A stretch of DNA of 56,199 bases, filler included, from Catajapyx aquilonaris (Eukaryota): NCBI GenBank assembly GCA_000934665.2. It is 2 parts of 2 records of this genome, joined end to end, with 100 filler letters (N's around TTAATTAATTAA, not from the genome) between each part and the next. Parts side by side here need not be neighbours in the genome. Positions count along the whole stretch, not along the records: positions 27,977 to 56,199 come from KZ539262.1; 1 more part is not named here. One strand, 5' to 3'. Below are positions 51,299-56,199 of the stretch, one piece after another. The notes below the pieces were generated by a model that had not been told where the DNA came from, searched no databases, and saw only the letters and a program-made list of their open reading frames with translations. Positions within the stretch are counted from its first letter, which is position 1. Each line of letters begins with the position of its first letter. A program made the position numbers and the translations under genes.

Positions 51299-52185
51299 CC
51301 CTGTACCGCGCATTGTGGATTGAGGGCAACAATTAATTTGCGCAGGCACCATAAGCTTCAAGGTTGGTCCTGGAAACCACAGTGTGGCTTGATGTCACAG
51401 TTAGTTTGTTAGCTTCCGCTAGATGACAAGCAATGTCGACAAATGACACGGTCAGGATACGGTATGAAGCGGAGTGAAGCCAAGGTCATGGAAAATGGCG
51501 CGAAATTTGAATTTGCTGAAGCAGCAACTGTTTCTGGAGCTGATTAGATATAGGTGCAAATATTAAATATCCAATTACATGTGTAAACTGCAAAGAGTAG
51601 CTCTCTCGTCGCCATTTGAGGCCGTTCTAATTTTACCAGCACAATTTTATCACAATTTTTTGGCAGCGCAGGCACAGTATTGCTTGAGGTTTGAGTCCTA
51701 AGTCATTGTGCGTATTTTTATTCAAAACCGGTAACAGGTACAGATTTGACCATTACTACGTTTTAAAGGTCCGGTGATTACAATTTGGACTAGAATATAG
51801 ATGGCCCCAAGATCTCAAGGGGAGCTGGTAAATGAAAGGGGATCGTGACATCCCCCCACCCCCCCCACCCCCACCCCAAGCTGCATGTGGCGGTGGAATG
51901 GTGGGGGTTATGATCACCTTTAGTTTACTGGCCCCCCTTGCGATAAGGATCAGATCAAATTGTAATCGCCGGATCTTCTAAACTTATCAAAGGTCATCTC
52001 TGTATGTGTTGCCGTTTTTGAATAAAAAATACTCGCCATAACTTTTGACTTAGCCCGTGTAACTTCAAAGTCATTGGGTCAGAGATGACCAAAACATAAT
52101 AAAAACCATCCTTACATCGCATATGATGAGAAAAAGGCGTCAGAATTTTTTTCTTCCCAAAATCCTAAATGTGTACAGTACAGGG
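51299..52185. mobile_element. piggyBac-type non-autonomous element with internal foldback
   Basis: TTAA|CCCTGTAC...GTACAGGG|TTAA; internal inverted repeat at ~51710-52035. Confidence 0.8.
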
Positions 52186-52703
52186 TTAACATAGTAGATT
52201 CTACGGTAATTAATGGAAGCACATTAATAAGTGCTCTCTGCTCCTTGATGCATATATGAAGAGTACTGTACCATCATTTTTGCAGAGCTACTGTCTGACC
52301 CACACTCTACCTATCAACAACTATCTTAACTTATATGTACTCACACCAAAATGTAACTGAACCAAAAATAAGGGCAATCTACTTATGTTACACTGAAAAT
52401 AATGTGTACTATTTCCTCATTTCTAATGCTCAATAAATAATGTTGCTTGTTATGCTGTAGCTATGAAGTTTGAAAGCATGAATAAAATTCTCTCGGACAG
52501 ATGCATCCCAGTTTTACAGTTTGGATAAAAGAATTGAGATATTTGATACATGTGAAGTGTGTCTAACTTGCAATAAGTACAAACCTGCAACTGATGCCAA
52601 TGTAAGTACTAAGAGGCCAAAGAGGGTACATGGTAACAAATACTATCCTGTCTATTGTAAGATTTACTTCAATGTCCTATTGAAATATACTGGTATTGTA
52701 ACA

Positions 52704-53345
52704 CAATGGAACCTTGTACTTTGAACGCCCTTAACTTCGAACGTTCCAGAGTTCGAGCGCAAAATTCGAGAAAAATTCGACCCGGTGTTCGAACGATGCT
52801 TCTAAGTTCAAACTGCGCCCGCAGTGAAAAAATGCTCTCACTGCGTAATCACCACCTGTTGTCACCCAAGTCGTCTCTCGCTCTCGCTGTGAAAGCATCT
52901 CTTGCATTATGCTCATGTGATTTCAGTATTTTTCTTGCTTCATATTTGGTGCGTTTGGTTATAACTAATAATATGGAAGGGTACTTCTCTTCCAAACAGT
53001 AACCTGTCTCTTTCTCTCCACCTTCCACTCCACTGGCCACATGGCAGGACATCACCACTCCTCACTTGTGCAGTGAATGCAATTTTCATTTTATTCTAGT
53101 GTTTGCGTATTTTATTTATTGCTTTCATGTTTTAATTTGTTATTTAGGACATTTAATCATGTAATGTTTGCCTTAAATTATGTGTATTTGGTATTTATGT
53201 TTATCAAAGTGTGTCTTGTTGGGTCAGGAATTGATTAATTCATTTTCCATAGTTTCTTATGGGGAAAATTGATTAGGACTTCGAACAATTCAGAGTTCGA
53301 ATGGCCTCCTGGAAAGAATTAAGTTCAAAGTACGAGGCACCACCG
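52704..53345. mobile_element. Tigger/MER2-like pogo deletion derivative
   Basis: CAATGGAACCTTGTACTTTGAAC...GTTCAAAGTACGAGGCACCACCG|TA, with TTCGAAC repeats. Confidence 0.7.
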
Positions 53346-54451
53346 TATACTATAATTTACAGTTGACAGCAGGTTGGGGGAAAAATGTCCTGCAGCAACA
53401 TGTACTGCACAATAGTGTTTTGTACAAGCTTTTGGTTATACACTTGAATAATAGCTATTGCCAAATATTTGCTACCATCTCTATGTAGGTTTTAATATTT
53501 TGTATCAAATGTTTGGTCTTTACAAGTGCCAAGTTGGCATTTCAAAGAAATCAGTTTATGGATAAGGCTTATGCAACACTTTGTTTGTCACTTCAGGTCA
53601 ACCTCCTTGTGAAAGGTACCGTAGTGGTTTTATAATAATAATAAAAAACAGTTGAAAATGCCAGTATGAAGGTGTGCTCTTATGAATGTTAGCAACCAAA
53701 AGGCAATGCAAGACTGCTATTTTTTGTCCCTTTGCATGAACAACAGATTTTAGCTGCATGCTTTTTTCAATCACAACAAAGAAATACGCATAAAAATGCA
53801 AATAATTACTCTTGATTTTAGCTGGATGAAAAACCTACCGAAACCTACGCGACAGCTGAAATGTTGTTTAATGGTTTCTCGCATTAATGAGCGCACAACT
53901 TCACTTACAATGACAATAGTCGCACCTGGTACCTCAAATCCATGCATCTCCAGGTGTGTACTCACAACAATGCATGTCCTGCCATTCAACTATCAGGTTT
54001 GCACTGAAGGCATTGACACAATGTGTGACTGCCAAATTCACAACAGGCAACACATGTCAACATATATGCAAGTCCATGACATGTTGCCAGTACTTGCACC
54101 ACCAACAATCGAGAAAGACTGAACCTGATGCGTCCCACATAATCAGGCACAAAAAATGTGCGAAACATGCACTGACACAGCACATGTCCGAACCTCTGCA
54201 TTCAATAAGTCAACAAAAAAACGAGTACAGAGTGGGTGTCATTAACGCAACTCACCAAGGTGCTCAGAGTATATAAACACGCATTGGTTTAGTTATAAGT
54301 GAAGACTTGAACGAGGCGTAATCGGCGGTGAAAGTAGATTTAGCACAGAAAAGACGTAGCTATAATAACAGTCAATTGGTGCACAGGGAGTAGGCAACAC
54401 CCAATGTAACGTGCGTGATATATACTCCTTGTGCTTCTCCCTATACTTTAC

Positions 54452-54700
54452 CTGCTTTAACTTCACTTCTATCTACAATGTGAAATTGTACGCAATAGCG
54501 CATTACATAAAATAGAAACATTTGAATATAAATTAAAGCGGTTGGGTATTGGGCGAAAGAAATTGGGAAGTGACGTCATGTGTGGTAATAGTTGTCAGCT
54601 CAGCTGTGGCCTGTGGTAGGCCTCGCGTTTGGTGCACGGCTTGGGGTCCGTACCTTTGGTCCGTACCGTCATAATGGCCTTTTACTGACGAGCTGTTATT
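54452..54700. promoter_or_regulatory. Putative bidirectional promoter
   Basis: Two ATTGG (CCAAT) boxes at ~54547 and ~54562 and an ETS-CRE composite GGAAGTGACGTCA at 54566-54578. A minus-strand donor CAG|gtaaag at 54451 could end the Josephin 5'UTR exon. Confidence 0.55.
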
Positions 54701-54889
54701 TTTGGTGTGAGAGGTCCAGTCTGTGCGCTAGTGCAAAGTAGGTGATGGCATGATGTGATGTGTAGTGTGGTTGTTGCATCATGCATCTAACAGTAGCATA
54801 TGTCTTGTGAATTGGTACCAGACGGGTGACAGGCCTGTCTGTTGCAGGGATTTGAGCTTGGACGGAGTTCGACAAGGGAGTTCGAGCAT

Positions 54890-55015
54890 ATGTCCGAGAT
54901 GGCGGCTGTGATTGACAAGTCGCCGACCAAGGTGGAGACTGTCGTGAATCTGTTTGCACCAGCTGCAGAACCGGTGTTGCCAAATGGCCTAAGTTATTCG
55001 TCTATTGGTAGCAAG
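54890..55015 (+). CDS. Probable first coding exon of a divergently transcribed gene (MSEMAAVIDKSPTKVETVVNLFAPAAEPVLPNGLSYSSIGSK); possibly GTPBP1
   Basis: gttgcag acceptor at 54847, GC-richer exon, ATG at 54890, AAG|gtttgt donor. The identity rests only on a weak (S/N)(M/L)FAP..EP similarity and on position. Confidence 0.55.
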
Positions 55016-55579
55016 GTTTGTACAGTGACCAGTGGATTGTACTAGCTTATTCCTGTTGGTTTCACATTCTTTGTACCAGGTGATGCAAACCATGCCGTAC
55101 TTACATTTCAATGTGTCTTGCATTGTTAGTGTAGACCAGCTGCTGTATAAGAACACTTGATTTTGAATTATTATTATTGTATCTGATATGTAGTTTTGTG
55201 GCAATTGCTAGGTGATGATGCCTTGGGCCCAGGGATGGAAAAAGAACCGCTTCTTTGGGACGAAGCGGTTCTTTTTCCATCCCTGCTTGGGCCACATAGT
55301 GCAATGACATTCCAATTTTCATGCAGCAATCAATAACTTGAATAAAGGGAATCCTTACTCTGGTATGCTAGTGTATGCTACAAGTGGTATTCACACGTAC
55401 ACCATACAATTAGGCTGGTTCAAGTCCAGGCTTACATGACCAGCAATGTTGTCTTTACTCAGCAAGTTACAATAACAATGCCTTCTCCCTCCCTCCCTCA
55501 AAAAATGAGAAAGTGATGTCAATCCAAACTGGGACAAATTGGAAATACATAGATATACTTGTATGCAGATGTACTATCA

Positions 55580-55689
55580 GTCCAACAAGAATTGTCGCAG
55601 CAGCAGCAGCGCACTAACTACAATCTACGAGCACAGGGACACGAGAGACTGTAGTTCGTGCGCTGCCGCTGCGACAATTCTTGTTGGAC
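55580..55689. mobile_element. Short palindromic MITE
   Basis: GTCCAACAAGAATTGTCGCAGC...GCTGCGACAATTCTTGTTGGAC. Confidence 0.75.
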
Positions 55690-55942
55690 ACCAGGTACAC
55701 CTAGTAGGAGAGTGAGTTATCCCTTGACTTTAATTGACACTCTAACTTACTATATGAATCTAAATTGAAATGTTTCAAGTCACTTGCACAATGGATATTC
55801 CTGCTCTCCAAATAAATATAAGGCTGCGTAGAGACTACCATTGAATAACCCTGGGACCGTGCCGTGCCTGAAAGTTACGTTAACCTTGCCTTGGGGTCTT
55901 TTAGGACCCCATGCCATATTTTTATTTTTATTAATTTTTATA

Positions 55943-56199
55943 CGAGGGGGAATCAAATGAAAACGATAATTATTTTTTTTACAATTGTTCTACTATAATA
56001 ATGATTGTGACAACTACACTATTTTTCCACATAGTCCCCTTGGCGTTCAATGCAAGTGCGCCACCTGGTAGGAAGCAACTCAATACCGCGGGAATTTTTT
56101 TTTTTCGATTGAGCTCGTAGCCAGTTGTGCACCGCCGCTTCCACTTCATCATTGGACTGGAACTTCTTTCCTCCTAGGTCTGCTTTCAATGGACCAAAG
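55943..56199 (-). mobile_element. Mariner element 3' end (transposase C-terminus 56019..>56198), continues beyond the window
   Basis: TA|CGAGGGGGAATCAAATGAAAAC TIR; FGPLKADLGGKKFQSNDEVEAAVHNWL...RWRTCIERQGDYVEK*. Confidence 0.88.

Overview
This is AT-rich eukaryotic genomic DNA, most likely from an invertebrate animal (probably an arthropod), with several assembly gaps. Bases 1-31 kb contain no recognisable host gene. They are packed with non-autonomous DNA transposons and transposase relics (PIF/Harbinger, hAT, pogo/Tigger, Tc1/mariner, Tc4/Tc5-like, Sola-like), tRNA-derived SINEs, and a few homeodomain-site-rich islands. A spliced NOL11 gene lies on + (7 phase-consistent exons, 31327-38475; its 5' exons were not found). 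It converges on a complete Josephin deubiquitinase gene on - (50890-48563; catalytic C/H/D intact; about 80-aa C-terminal extension). Between them is a deeply nested transposon stack (about 40-48 kb). Upstream of Josephin, a probable bidirectional promoter (CCAAT boxes plus ETS-CRE) precedes a + strand coding exon that weakly resembles the GTPBP1 N-terminus, echoing the human JOSD1-GTPBP1 head-to-head pair. I found no CRISPR, rRNA or true tRNA gene, and no clearly novel multi-gene system. All protein and family assignments come from recalled motifs, not database searches.
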